Part shown: piece by piece, positions 43,781 through 53,419 of the stretch
Layout: each line of letters opens with the position of its first letter
How positions within the stretch are numbered: position 1 is the stretch's first letter
NCBI GenBank assembly: GCA_964506575.1
Contig: CAZDLY010000005.1
Location: 5,131 to 69,130, forward strand
DNA length: 64,000 nucleotides
Origin: an uncultured Akkermansia sp.
GTDB taxonomy: Bacteria; Verrucomicrobiota; Kiritimatiellia; RFP12; JAAYNR01
Direction of reading: 5' to 3'
Made by a program: the position numbers and the translations under genes
The notes under the pieces: model-generated
Database searches by the model: none
Seen by the model: the letters and a program-made list of their open reading frames with translations, nothing else
Told to the model about the DNA's origin: nothing

Positions 43781-44557
43781 ATGATGGATGGCAGCGCACA
43801 ACAGGAGGGCCGGAGCCTGGCGCGGGGACACGCCGCGCCGTTTCTGGTGTGGGTCGGGTGCATTGCGGCGCTCGCGGCGGCGGAGCGGCTGGTCAATCTC
43901 CCGGCGCTCGCCCAGCCCTGGGTCTACGCGGCCAAGTCGGCGGTCTGCGCGGCGTTGTTCCTGTGGTGGCGGCCGTGGCGGATCTATCCGGCGCTGCGGC
44001 TCCGCAACGCGCTGTGGGCGGTCGCGGCGGGGCTGGCCGTGGCGGGGCTGTGGGTGCTGCCCGAAACGGTGTGGTTTGGACGGGTGTTCCCGGCGGCGCA
44101 GGCGTTCTACCACCGCTGGCTGATCCTGATGCCCGGCGTCTATCCCGACTATTACGATCCCGCGCTGTTCCCGCGGCTGCCGCCGGGGTTCGCGGGGGCG
44201 GTCTACGATCCGGCGGTCTGCGGCTGGGGGCTGGCCCTGGCTCGGCTGGCCGGCTCGGCGCTTGTGATTGCGGTCATCGAGGAGTTTTTCTTCCGCGGGT
44301 TCCTCTACCGCTGGCTCCGCCAGGAGGCGTTCTGGAAAATCCCCCTGACCCGCTGGGACCTGGCGACGTTCTGGATCGTCGTGCTGGTTTTCGGGATCGA
44401 GCACGACCGCTGGCTGGCGGGAATGGCGGCGGGCGCGGTCTACGGACTGCTGGCGGTGCGCACGGGCGATCTCTGGGCCGCCGCCCTGGCGCACGGATTG
44501 ACCAATCTTGCGCTCGGCACCTATGTGTTGCTTTGCGGCCGCTACGGTTTCTGGTAA
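43781..44557 (+). CDS. CPBP-family intramembrane glutamic endopeptidase (CAAX protease-like)
   Basis: Motif 1 is VIEEFFFRGFLY, motif 2 is FGIEH, motif 3 is ALAHGLTNL, and there are multiple TM helices. ATG 43781 is preferred over the track's TTG at 43763. Confidence 0.8.
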   Translation: MMDGSAQQEGRSLARGHAAPFLVWVGCIAALAAAERLVNLPALAQPWVYAAKSAVCAALFLWWRPWRIYPALRLRNALWAVAAGLAVAGLWVLPETVWFGRVFPAAQAFYHRWLILMPGVYPDYYDPALFPRLPPGFAGAVYDPAVCGWGLALARLAGSALVIAVIEEFFFRGFLYRWLRQEAFWKIPLTRWDLATFWIVVLVFGIEHDRWLAGMAAGAVYGLLAVRTGDLWAAALAHGLTNLALGTYVLLCGRYGFW

Positions 44558-44593
44558 AGTACGGCATCTGTTTTCACGAAAGGGAGCAGAACC

Positions 44594-45304
44594 ATGGCGG
44601 CGATGGCGAAACTGAATCGGGAATATGCGCTCAGGATGCTGGGCGTCGGCGCGCTGATGATCGGCCTGGCCGGCTGGTCGCTCTATGACGGCCTCGTGGG
44701 CTATCCGCGGCTGAACGCCCGCTACGCGGATATCCGTCCGGATCTGGTCGGCCGCGCGATGACTGCGGGCGAGCTGATCAAGTCCGCGGGCGACGACGGC
44801 GTCTCGGTGTATGAGCGCGCCTTTCTGGAAAAAGGGCTCAAGGCGCCCCATTCCACGCTCACCAAGCTCAAGGCGCTCAACGAACAGGCGCGCAGCCAGC
44901 AGGCGCCGGAGGGGCAGGCCGAGCTCTTCCGCGCGCAGCAGGTCGAGGCGGCGCGGCTCGTGCTCGACAAGCCCGCGCGCAGCGGTCATGAGATCCAGTC
45001 TCAGTTTGTGATGGCGGCGCTGGCCGCGCTCGCGGCGCTGGCGGCGTGCGCCGCGGTCGGGTTCAAGGCGAGACGGCGCTTCACGGCGGACGATGCCGGA
45101 CTGCGGGGGTTTGCGGCGGATGTGATCGCGTATGACGCGGTCGCATCGGCCGACTGGAAGCAGTGGGACGACAAACGGATCATCCGCCTCATCCTGCGGG
45201 ACGGCCGCAGGCTGAAGCTCGACGGCTGGCATTTTACCGGCGCCGAGGCGGTCGTGGAGGAGATGCTCCGGCGGCGCCCCGAGTTGAAGCAGGAGAAGAG
45301 GTGA
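44594..45304 (+). CDS. Two-TM membrane protein, unknown function
   Basis: 236 aa with an AAAGGGAG RBS. The TM helices are LGVGALMIGLAGWSL and FVMAALAALAALAACAAVGF. No recognisable motif. Confidence 0.55.
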   Translation: MAAMAKLNREYALRMLGVGALMIGLAGWSLYDGLVGYPRLNARYADIRPDLVGRAMTAGELIKSAGDDGVSVYERAFLEKGLKAPHSTLTKLKALNEQARSQQAPEGQAELFRAQQVEAARLVLDKPARSGHEIQSQFVMAALAALAALAACAAVGFKARRRFTADDAGLRGFAADVIAYDAVASADWKQWDDKRIIRLILRDGRRLKLDGWHFTGAEAVVEEMLRRRPELKQEKR

Positions 45305-45306
45305 CC

Positions 45307-45831
45307 ATGTCTGTCCTTACATCCGCATTGATCCTGTTCGGCATCACGTGTCTGCCGCTATTGGAGCTGCGCGCGTCGATTCCATTCGGATTCTTCAACC
45401 GGGAGGTGGCGGGCGCGCTTCCCTGGCCGGTCGTGGTGGGCGTGTGCATCGCGGCGAACATTTTGGTCGGCTGGGCGACCTACTGGGTGATGGGGCCGGT
45501 GGTCGCGTTTTGCCGCCGGTGGGACTGGTTTGAGCGGCGCCTCTGGCCGCGCCTGGAGCGGTCGCAGCACAAGCTCAAGCCGTATGTGGACAAATACGGC
45601 GAGTGGGGCGTGGCCATCTTCATCGGCGTGCCCCTGCCGGGGACCGGCGCCTACACCGGGGCCTTCGGCTCCTACCTGCTCGGTCTCGACCGTCGGAAGT
45701 TTGCCGTGGCGAACATCGTGGGCGTGCTGCTGGCCGGTCTGGCGGTGACCGCGCTCTGTCTGCTGATCCAGAATGGCGTGGTGGCCGAAGGGAGCTGGGT
45801 CCGGCGGCTGTTCATCAAGGAGATCGGGTAA
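45307..45831 (+). CDS. Small multidrug-export-like membrane protein (COG2426 / Sm_multidrug_ex-like)
   Basis: MSVLTSALILFGITCLPLLELRASIPFGF.., ..GVPLPGTGAYTGAFGSYLLG... The pattern is recalled for this family. The ATG lies 3 nt after the upstream stop. Confidence 0.55.
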   Translation: MSVLTSALILFGITCLPLLELRASIPFGFFNREVAGALPWPVVVGVCIAANILVGWATYWVMGPVVAFCRRWDWFERRLWPRLERSQHKLKPYVDKYGEWGVAIFIGVPLPGTGAYTGAFGSYLLGLDRRKFAVANIVGVLLAGLAVTALCLLIQNGVVAEGSWVRRLFIKEIG

Positions 45832-45839
45832 GGGCGCGC

Positions 45840-46724
45840 ATGGAACCGGGGGAGCAATCGGACTACGAGCTGCTGGACAGCGGGGCGGGGCGCAAGCTGG
45901 AGCGCTTCGGCGGCGTGACGCTGTCGCGTCCCTGCGCGCAGGCGGTCTGGAAGCCCCGTCTGGAGCCGCGCGAATGGGAGCGCCGGGCGACGGCCGCCTT
46001 TGACCGCGAGGAGGGAAACCAGTGGCGCAATCGCGGCGCCCTCCCCGACACGTGGACGATCACGATCGACGGGCTGGCCTTCCGGTTGTCGGGGACCAAC
46101 TTCGGCCACCTCGGCATCTTCCCCGAGCAGCGGGCGCAATGGGCGTGGATCCGTTCGCTCCTGGCCGTGACCGGGCCGCAGCCTGGCACGGGGCCCGTAT
46201 CGGTGCTCAACCTCTTCGCCTACTCGGGTGGCGCAACGCTCGCCGCCGCGCGCGCCGGCGCGGAGGTCTGCCATCTGGACGCCTCCAAGGGGATGGTGCA
46301 GTGGGCGCGCGAGAACGCCGAAATCAACGGCCTGGCCCGTCATCCGATCCGCTGGATCGTGGACGACACCCACAAATTCCTCGCCCGCGAGATCAAGCGC
46401 GGCCGGCGTTACGACGCCGTGATCCTCGATCCGCCGACCTTCGGCCGCGGCCAGAACGACGAAATTTACAAGATCGAGCGCCAACTCCCCGAAACGCTGG
46501 CCCTGTGCCGCCAGGTGCTGAGCAGCCGGCCGCGCTTCATCCTCCTCAGCGCCCACACGCCGGGCTTCTCGCCGGTGGTGCTGGCCAACGTCCTGACCCA
46601 GGCGGCCGGCGGTCTGGGCGGCGGCATCGCCTCGGGCGAGATGCTCCTCGCCGGCGCACGGGATGTGCTGCCGCTGCCCAGCGGCGCCTTCGCGCGGTGG
46701 GATTCCAGCGCCACCGGATCCTGA
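45840..46724 (+). CDS. Class I SAM-dependent methyltransferase (RlmI/RlmK-like, COG1092 type)
   Basis: ..YELLDSGAGRKLERFG.., ..NFGHLGIFPEQ.., SAM motif VLNLFAYSGGATLAAA, and ..DAVILDPPTFG.. (DPP motif). Confidence 0.75.
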   Translation: MEPGEQSDYELLDSGAGRKLERFGGVTLSRPCAQAVWKPRLEPREWERRATAAFDREEGNQWRNRGALPDTWTITIDGLAFRLSGTNFGHLGIFPEQRAQWAWIRSLLAVTGPQPGTGPVSVLNLFAYSGGATLAAARAGAEVCHLDASKGMVQWARENAEINGLARHPIRWIVDDTHKFLAREIKRGRRYDAVILDPPTFGRGQNDEIYKIERQLPETLALCRQVLSSRPRFILLSAHTPGFSPVVLANVLTQAAGGLGGGIASGEMLLAGARDVLPLPSGAFARWDSSATGS

Positions 46725-46847
46725 CTTGGGGTGACGGATTGTTTATAACATATTGCACTGCAATTATTTACATTCAACACGTACGCCGTGAGGCCGCTCA
46801 AGCGCGGCCCCGCTGCGCCGGTCCAGGTGGGCATTCAGGATGAGAGA

Positions 46848-47654
46848 ATGAACCACGAGCACTTCCAGGCGGTCAGAAGCCGTTTCAACCGTTACGTGGC
46901 CCGCTTTCGCGGACCTGACGGCGCGTTTCCCGCGATGCAGGCGCTCAAGCGTCGGCACACCGCCCATGTCGTGGCCGACGCCGGGCGCGTGATGGCCGCG
47001 GAAGGCTGGGCGCTTCCACAGGTGCTGCTGGGGCGGACGGCGGCGCTCTTGCACGACATTGGACGCTTCTCGCAGTACGCCGAGTTCGGCACGTTTCAGG
47101 ACGGCGCCTCGGTGAACCACGCCGAACGGGGATGCGCGGTGATGGTGCAGGAAGGGATCTGCGACGGGCTGCCCGAGGATGACGCGCCAATCATTTTTGA
47201 GGCGGTGAAACTGCACAACCGACTCGCGCTGCCGCCGGACACCGCCGCGGACGTGGCCCGGATTGCCCATGTGGTGCGTGACGCCGATAAGCTCGATATC
47301 TTCCGGGTGCTGGAGGAGGCGGTCGAGCACAAGCAGCTTGAGCGCAATCCCGAAATCACGTGGCACATGCAACTGGACGGAGGGGTCTCCGAACCCGTGC
47401 TGGCGGCGCTCGATGCGGGGATCGCGATCCATTACCGCGATGTCACCACGTTCTGCGATTTCGTCATGGTGCAGGTCTCGTGGCTCTCCGGGCAGTTGCA
47501 CTATGCCGAGACGCGGCGGCTGGCCCGCGAACGGCGCGTGCTGGAATACCGCGAGCGTCTGGTGCTGGCGCAATGCGACGACCCGCGGGTCAGCCGCTAT
47601 TTTCAACGAATCCTTCTGACCTGCACCGGCACGCCGGGCCTGGGGTCGGCATAG
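46848..47654 (+). CDS. HD-domain phosphohydrolase
   Basis: ..AALLHDIGRF.. (the HD motif), ..VKLHN.., ..VVRDADKLDI... Confidence 0.7.
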   Translation: MNHEHFQAVRSRFNRYVARFRGPDGAFPAMQALKRRHTAHVVADAGRVMAAEGWALPQVLLGRTAALLHDIGRFSQYAEFGTFQDGASVNHAERGCAVMVQEGICDGLPEDDAPIIFEAVKLHNRLALPPDTAADVARIAHVVRDADKLDIFRVLEEAVEHKQLERNPEITWHMQLDGGVSEPVLAALDAGIAIHYRDVTTFCDFVMVQVSWLSGQLHYAETRRLARERRVLEYRERLVLAQCDDPRVSRYFQRILLTCTGTPGLGSA

Positions 47655-47699
47655 GTCATGACCGCTGGCTAACGATTACGTTCGCCGGGTGGTTACCGC

Positions 47700-47728
47700 T
47701 TGCTCTCATCGGCGCTGGACAGTACAAT
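47700..47728 (+). promoter_or_regulatory. Candidate sigma-70-type promoter for htpG
   Basis: TTGCTC, 17 nt, TACAAT, located 34 nt upstream of the ATG, with AGGAG at 47751-55. Pattern match only. Confidence 0.3.
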
Positions 47729-47761
47729 AGCGCATTCAATTTTCATCAACAGGAGCATGTC

Positions 47762-49642
47762 ATGGAGCAAAAACACGTTTTCAAGGCGGAAGTCCGGCAA
47801 CTGCTGGATCTGGTCATTCATTCCCTCTATTCCAAGAAGGAGATCTTTCTCCGGGAATTGATTTCCAATGCGTCGGACGCGATCGACCGTGCGCAATACG
47901 AGGGGCTGACCGACAAGACGCTGGTCGAGGGCGTGACGGAATGGCGGATCGACCTGATCGCCGACAAGGCCGCGCGGACGCTGACGCTGTGCGACACCGG
48001 CATCGGCATGACCCAGGCCGAGGCCGAGGAGAGCCTGGGGATGATCGCCCGCTCGGGCACCAAGACGTTTCTGCAGGCGCTCAAGGAGAAGCAGGGCGCC
48101 AACGCGCCGGAGCTGATCGGCCAGTTCGGCGTGGGCTTCTACGCCGCGTTCATGGTGGCCGATGCGGTGACCGTGGTCAGCCGCCGCCGCGGCACCGCGG
48201 CTGATGCGGCGGTGCGCTGGCACTCCACGGGCGACGGCACCTACTCGACGGACGCCGCCGTGCGGGACGAGCCGGGAACGACCGTCACCCTGCACCTGCG
48301 CGAGGGCCTGGACGACTACCTCGATGAGTGGCGGATCAAGGCGCTGGTCAAGCAGTACAGCGACTTCATCGCCCACCCCATCCGCCTGGGCAAGGACGGC
48401 AAGAAGCCCGGGGCGTCCGATGCCCCCCTCAACACCATGAAGGCGCTGTGGAAGCGCGCCAAGGGCGAGGTCAAGGACGAGGATTACACCGAGTTCTACA
48501 AGCATCTCACGCATGACAGCGCCGCGCCGCTGCGCGTGATCCCCATGGCGGTCGAAGGGGCCGTCGAGTTCCGGGCGCTGCTGTTCATCCCGCGGGAAAT
48601 GCCGTTTGACCTGCTCTACCGCTCCGAACGCAAGCACGGCCTCAACCTCTACGTCCGCAACGTCTTCATCGGCGCCGATTTCGATGCCCTGTTGCCGGAA
48701 TACCTCCGCTTTGTTCGCGGCGTGGTCGACTCGAGCGATCTGCCGTTGAATGTCTCACGCGAGATTCTCCAGGACGATGCCGTGATCCGCAAGATTCGCA
48801 GCAATATCGTCGGCAAGATCCTCGCCGCCCTCTCCGACATGAAGAAGGACAAGCCGGACGACTACAAGGTCTTCTTCAAGGCATTCGGACGCATCCTCAA
48901 GGAGGGGTTCCATTTCGATTTTGAAAACAAGGCCAAGCTCCAGGAGCTGACGCTCTTCCATGCGGCGCGGGCCGAGGGGAACGCGCCGGTTTCGCTCCGG
49001 GACTACCGCGATGCCATGAAGTCGACGCAGAAGGAGATTTACTATCTGATCGCCGAGAGCCTCGACGCGGCGCGCCAGTCGCCTCATCTCGAAGCGGTCC
49101 TGGCGAGCGGTTGCGACGTGCTGCTGCTGGTGGATCCGATCGACCAGTGGGTGGTGGATTCGCTCGAAGAATACGAGGGATGCACCTTGCGGGCGATCGA
49201 CAAGGGCGATCTGGAACTCGGTTCCGATGAGGAAAAGGCCGAGGCGAAGAAGGCGATCGAAGCGGCCGGTCTGGCGTTGCGGCCGCTCCTCGACACCCTC
49301 CAGGCCCGGCTGGCGGATCGGGTGCGCGAGGTGCGCGTCTCGCCGCGGCTCACCGACTCGGCTTGCTGTCTCGTGGTTGACGCCCAGGCCATGAACGCGA
49401 CCATGGAGCGGTTCATGCGCGCCATGAACCAGGAGCCGCCCAAGCAACTGCGCATCCTCGAGATCAATCCCAAACACCCCCTGATCGAGAAGATGCGCGC
49501 CATGCGCGAGGCCGACGGCGCCGATCCCCGGCTGGCCGACTATGCCGAGCTGCTCTTCGGCCAGGCTCAACTGGCCGAGGGCACCGTGCCCGCCGACGCG
49601 CAGCGTTTTACCCGGCTGGTCGCCGACCTGATGGCGCGGTAG
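47762..49642 (+). CDS. htpG: Molecular chaperone HtpG (Hsp90)
   Basis: ..FKAEVRQLLDLVIHSLYSKKEIFLRELISNASDAIDR.. signature, ..GQFGVGFYAAFMVA.., 626 aa. Confidence 0.95.
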   Translation: MEQKHVFKAEVRQLLDLVIHSLYSKKEIFLRELISNASDAIDRAQYEGLTDKTLVEGVTEWRIDLIADKAARTLTLCDTGIGMTQAEAEESLGMIARSGTKTFLQALKEKQGANAPELIGQFGVGFYAAFMVADAVTVVSRRRGTAADAAVRWHSTGDGTYSTDAAVRDEPGTTVTLHLREGLDDYLDEWRIKALVKQYSDFIAHPIRLGKDGKKPGASDAPLNTMKALWKRAKGEVKDEDYTEFYKHLTHDSAAPLRVIPMAVEGAVEFRALLFIPREMPFDLLYRSERKHGLNLYVRNVFIGADFDALLPEYLRFVRGVVDSSDLPLNVSREILQDDAVIRKIRSNIVGKILAALSDMKKDKPDDYKVFFKAFGRILKEGFHFDFENKAKLQELTLFHAARAEGNAPVSLRDYRDAMKSTQKEIYYLIAESLDAARQSPHLEAVLASGCDVLLLVDPIDQWVVDSLEEYEGCTLRAIDKGDLELGSDEEKAEAKKAIEAAGLALRPLLDTLQARLADRVREVRVSPRLTDSACCLVVDAQAMNATMERFMRAMNQEPPKQLRILEINPKHPLIEKMRAMREADGADPRLADYAELLFGQAQLAEGTVPADAQRFTRLVADLMAR

Positions 49643-49649
49643 AGGCACC

Positions 49650-51959
49650 ATGGACAGCCATACGACCCCATCCGCAGATCCCGGGCTTGACGTCTCGCTG
49701 CCCCGCCTGGTCGACGAGCTGGCCATCACGCCGCGCCAGATCATGGCCGTGGCCAAGCTCCTCGCCGAGGGCAGCACTATCCCCTTCATCGCCCGCTACC
49801 GCAAGGAGCAGCACGGCAACCTGGACGAGGTGCAGATCTCCAGGATTCAGGAGCGCCTCGCCTATTACCGGGAGCTGGAGAGCCGCAAGCAGACGGTGCT
49901 CCGCTCGATCGAAGAGCAGGGGAAGCTGACCGACGAGCTGCGCGGAAAGATCGCGGCCTGCGTCTCGAAGACGGCTCTCGAGGACCTTTACCTCCCCTTC
50001 AAGCCGAAACGCCGCACCCGCGCCATGATCGCCCGCGAGCGCGGTCTCGCCCCGCTCGCCGACCGCATTCTGGCGCAGGACGCCGCGGGTGACCCGGACG
50101 CGGAGGCTGCCGCCTTCATCAACGCCGAAAAGGGCGTTGACTCGGTTGCCGCCACCTGTGCCGGCGCGCGCGACATCGTGGCGGAGGCCGTATCCGAGAA
50201 TGCCGACGTTCGCGGTTTCATTCGCCGCGCCTTCGCCGAACGGGGCGAGGTCGTCTCCGAGGTTGTCGATCCCAGACCTGGGCAGCCCACCAAGTTCGAG
50301 CAATACTACGACTTCCGCGAACCGGTCGCCGCAATCCCCTCGCACCGCTTCCTCGCCATCCGCCGGGGGCAGACCGAGAACGTTTTGCGCGTCAAGCTGG
50401 CCGTCGACGCCGAACCGCTGGTCCGCCGCATCGAGGAAATCTGCGCGCTCAACCCCGCCTCGCCCTTCGCCCCCCACCTGAAACTCGCCATAGAAGACAG
50501 CTACAAGCGTCTGATCGCCCCCAGCGTGGAGATCGACGTTCTGGTCGAGCTCAAGCTGAAGGCCGACCGCGACGCCATCGCCATCTTCGGCGAGAATCTC
50601 CGTCACCTGCTGCTCCAGCCGCCGCTCGGTGACAAGAAGGTGATCGGCATCGACCCCGGCTATCGCACGGGCTGCAAGTGCGCCGCCATAGACGCCACCG
50701 GCAAGTTTATCGAGACCGTGACGATCTATCCTTCGCAAGGCGACCGTTCCGCGATCGAGGCGCAGGTCGAGGTGTGCAAGCTGGTGGCCAGGCATCACCC
50801 CGCAGCCATCGCCGTCGGCAACGGCACCGCCGGCCGCGAGACCGAGACGTTCGTCCGCCAAACTCTGAAGAAGGCGGGCCACCCGGAGGTCGTCGTGGTT
50901 TCGGTCAACGAAGCCGGCGCCTCGGTCTACTCCGCATCGGAGATCGCGCGTGACGAATTTCCGGATCTCGATCTGACCATCCGCGGCGCCATCTCCATTG
51001 GACGCCGCCTGCAGGACCCGCTCGCCGAGCTGGTCAAGATCGATCCCAAGTCGATCGGCGTCGGCCAGTACCAGCACGACGTCCACCAGCCGCTGCTGGC
51101 GGACAAGCTCGACGAAATCGTCGTCTCCTGCGTGAACCACGTCGGTGTAGAGGCGAACACCGCCTCGGCGGCGCTGCTCGCCCGCGTTTCGGGGATCGGG
51201 CCGACGCTGGCCAAGCGGCTGGTCGCGCATCGCGACGCGCACGGTCCGTTCACCAGCCGCCAGGCGCTCTCCCACGTGACCGGTTTCGGACCCAAGACGT
51301 TCGAACAGGCCGCCGGCTTCCTTCGCATTCACGGCGCGGCCAACCCGCTTGACGCCTCGGCGGTCCATCCCGAGCGTTACGCGCTGGTGGAGCAGATGGC
51401 CGCAGACAGCGGCGTCGCGCTCCGGGACCTGGTCGGCAACAGTGCGTCGATTGACGCGATTCCGCTCAAGAAATATCTATCCGACACGGTTGGCGAGCCC
51501 ACCCTGCGCGACATCATCACCGAATTGAAGAAACCGGGACGCGACCCGCGCGCGACGTTTGAACCGCCCAGATTCCTCGATACCGTCACGGAAATTGAGC
51601 ATGTCAAACCGGGCATGGCCCTCGAAGGCGTGGTCACCAATGTCACGGCCTTCGGCGCGTTCGTGGACATCGGCGTCCATCAGGACGGCCTCGTCCACCT
51701 CTCCCAGCTTTCCGACCGCTTCATTCGCGACCCCTCGGAAGTGGTCAAGGCGGGGGACCGGATCCAGGTCAAGGTGCTGGATGTGGACCTCGCCCGCAAG
51801 CGCATCTCGCTCACCGCGCGCACCCACGGCGCTCCGACGGCACCCGGTCCGAAGCCGACGGCCGCCAGTCCCAACCGGCCCGGCGCGCCCCGGCCCGCCG
51901 CATCCGGCCGCCCCACGCCGCGCACCGGTTTCGCCGCCAATCCGTTTGCGAACCTGTAG
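49650..51959 (+). CDS. tex: Tex-like transcription accessory protein (S1 RNA-binding domain protein)
   Basis: 769 aa. ..STIPFIARYRKE.., a YqgF-like core (..VIGIDPGYRTGCK..), HhH motifs, and a C-terminal S1 domain (GMALEGVVTNVTAFGAFVDIGVHQDGLVHLSQLS). Confidence 0.9.
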   Translation: MDSHTTPSADPGLDVSLPRLVDELAITPRQIMAVAKLLAEGSTIPFIARYRKEQHGNLDEVQISRIQERLAYYRELESRKQTVLRSIEEQGKLTDELRGKIAACVSKTALEDLYLPFKPKRRTRAMIARERGLAPLADRILAQDAAGDPDAEAAAFINAEKGVDSVAATCAGARDIVAEAVSENADVRGFIRRAFAERGEVVSEVVDPRPGQPTKFEQYYDFREPVAAIPSHRFLAIRRGQTENVLRVKLAVDAEPLVRRIEEICALNPASPFAPHLKLAIEDSYKRLIAPSVEIDVLVELKLKADRDAIAIFGENLRHLLLQPPLGDKKVIGIDPGYRTGCKCAAIDATGKFIETVTIYPSQGDRSAIEAQVEVCKLVARHHPAAIAVGNGTAGRETETFVRQTLKKAGHPEVVVVSVNEAGASVYSASEIARDEFPDLDLTIRGAISIGRRLQDPLAELVKIDPKSIGVGQYQHDVHQPLLADKLDEIVVSCVNHVGVEANTASAALLARVSGIGPTLAKRLVAHRDAHGPFTSRQALSHVTGFGPKTFEQAAGFLRIHGAANPLDASAVHPERYALVEQMAADSGVALRDLVGNSASIDAIPLKKYLSDTVGEPTLRDIITELKKPGRDPRATFEPPRFLDTVTEIEHVKPGMALEGVVTNVTAFGAFVDIGVHQDGLVHLSQLSDRFIRDPSEVVKAGDRIQVKVLDVDLARKRISLTARTHGAPTAPGPKPTAASPNRPGAPRPAASGRPTPRTGFAANPFANL

Positions 51960-52068
51960 GGTCCGCAGGCGCCTCCATCATCAGCGGCTCGGCGGGACGC
52001 CGCCGCCCTACCCGCGCGTTGCGCCTTTCCCGGAATCCTGAACCCTTTCTCGTCCCCGCATAAGCGGG

Positions 52069-52097
52069 TTGACGAAGGGAAAGCGGGAGAGCATAAT
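52069..52097 (+). promoter_or_regulatory. Candidate sigma-70-type promoter for the FGE-family gene
   Basis: TTGACG, 17 nt, CATAAT. Pattern match only. Confidence 0.3.
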
Positions 52098-52209
52098 GCG
52101 GACACTGGTTGAGGCGGGAAAGGCTCTTCTTGAACCCCTGAACTCTGTGTGACCTTACGGGTGCCATCGGGACGAATGTGGCGCCGGGGCATTTGGAAAT
52201 CGATACGGA

Positions 52210-53205
52210 ATGGAGCGATGCATGAGGCAATTACTCATACGATTAATGAGGATGATGGCGGCGGGTTTCGTGTGTCTGCTGACGGGTTGTGTTAGCCCGG
52301 GCGATTACATGGTCATCGACCTCTCAGGCGGTCCGGGCGCGGGGAGTTACCCCGTCTCCTATCTCGGCACCGTTCCTTCCGGTGGATGGACCGACACCTA
52401 CAAGACCACCAAGCTGGTGATGCGGAAGATTTCCAGGGGGACGTTCACCATGGGCGGGATGTCTACGGATTATCCCGGCGCAGGCGATGACGGATTGCAT
52501 CAAGTGACGCTGACCCAAGACTTCTACATCGGGGTCTTCGAAGTGACGCAGCGGCAGTGGGAGCTGGTGATGGGCAACAAGCCCAGTTATTTCAACAACG
52601 TCACCTACTATGCGAGCCGCCCGGTGGAGCAGGTCAGTTACTGCGATATCAGGGAGAACCCGACGAACGGTGCAATCACTCCAAACTGGCCACAGTCGTC
52701 GCAGGTGCATGCGGACTCCTTCATGGGCAAGCTGAGGGCCAAGACCGGATTGGCGACCGTCGACTTGCCGACGGAGTCGCAGTGGGAATACGCCTGCCGG
52801 GCGGGAACGACGACGGCGCTGAACTCGGGATATAGTCTGACGAGCACGGACAGCGACCCACGCATGGATGCGGTCGGCCGGTATATTGGCAACGGCGGCG
52901 GGTATGGGGAGACGCGGAACGTTGACACGAGCGTGGCGACGGCGAAAGTCGGCTCGTATCTGCCGAACGCATGGGGCCTCTACGACATGCACGGCAACAT
53001 GTGGGAGTGGTGTCTGGACTGGCACGGGGCGTATCCCGGGACGGTGGAAAATCCTGGAGGTGCGGCGTCGGGGTCGAGCCGCGTGGGGCGGGGCGGGAGT
53101 TGCATCAGCAACGCGGACTACTGCCGTTCGGCGTTTCGCTACAATTTCTGGCCGGGTAACCGGAGCTACAACTTCGGCTTCCGCGCCGCCAGGACCCTGC
53201 CATAG
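52210..53205 (+). CDS. Formylglycine-generating-enzyme (SUMF1/FGE-sulfatase) family lipoprotein
   Basis: Lipobox ..FVCLLTGC. FGE-domain motifs: ..YIGVFEVTQRQWELVMG.., ..RPVEQVS.., ..LPTESQWEYACRAGT.., ..WGLYDMHGNMWEWCLDW.., ..RGGS.., ..FGFRAAR... Confidence 0.85.
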   Translation: MERCMRQLLIRLMRMMAAGFVCLLTGCVSPGDYMVIDLSGGPGAGSYPVSYLGTVPSGGWTDTYKTTKLVMRKISRGTFTMGGMSTDYPGAGDDGLHQVTLTQDFYIGVFEVTQRQWELVMGNKPSYFNNVTYYASRPVEQVSYCDIRENPTNGAITPNWPQSSQVHADSFMGKLRAKTGLATVDLPTESQWEYACRAGTTTALNSGYSLTSTDSDPRMDAVGRYIGNGGGYGETRNVDTSVATAKVGSYLPNAWGLYDMHGNMWEWCLDWHGAYPGTVENPGGAASGSSRVGRGGSCISNADYCRSAFRYNFWPGNRSYNFGFRAARTLP

Positions 53206-53225
53206 CCGGGTACGGCTACCCTCAA

Positions 53226-53257
53226 CCCGGCCATCTCCCAGTCGGGAGAGGGCCGGG
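53226..53257 (+). terminator. Strong interrupted 13-bp hairpin just after the FGE-family gene
   Basis: cccggcc-a-tctccc-agtc-gggaga-g-ggccggg. No obvious U-tract. Confidence 0.4.
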
Positions 53258-53320
53258 CAGGAGATGGATGGAACGGGAAGAACGAGTAAGACTGAAGGCG
53301 AGTGAGGGATGGGGGTGTTT

Positions 53321-53401
53321 CTTGAGGCGGGAGAATCGAATAAATCGATAGAATCGACGGAATCGAATCGGTCGAATCGGTCGAATCTATCGATTCCATC
53401 G
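53321..53401 (+). repeat. GAATCGA-type periodic array, left flank of the four-helix-bundle gene
   Basis: It contains the 24-nt core aatcgacggaatcgaatcggtcga (53352-53375). This matches 54214-54237 at 22 of 24 positions, in the same orientation. It ends in tcgattccatcg, as the right copy does. Confidence 0.8.
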
Positions 53402-53419
53402 AAACGAAAGGAGCGGGAC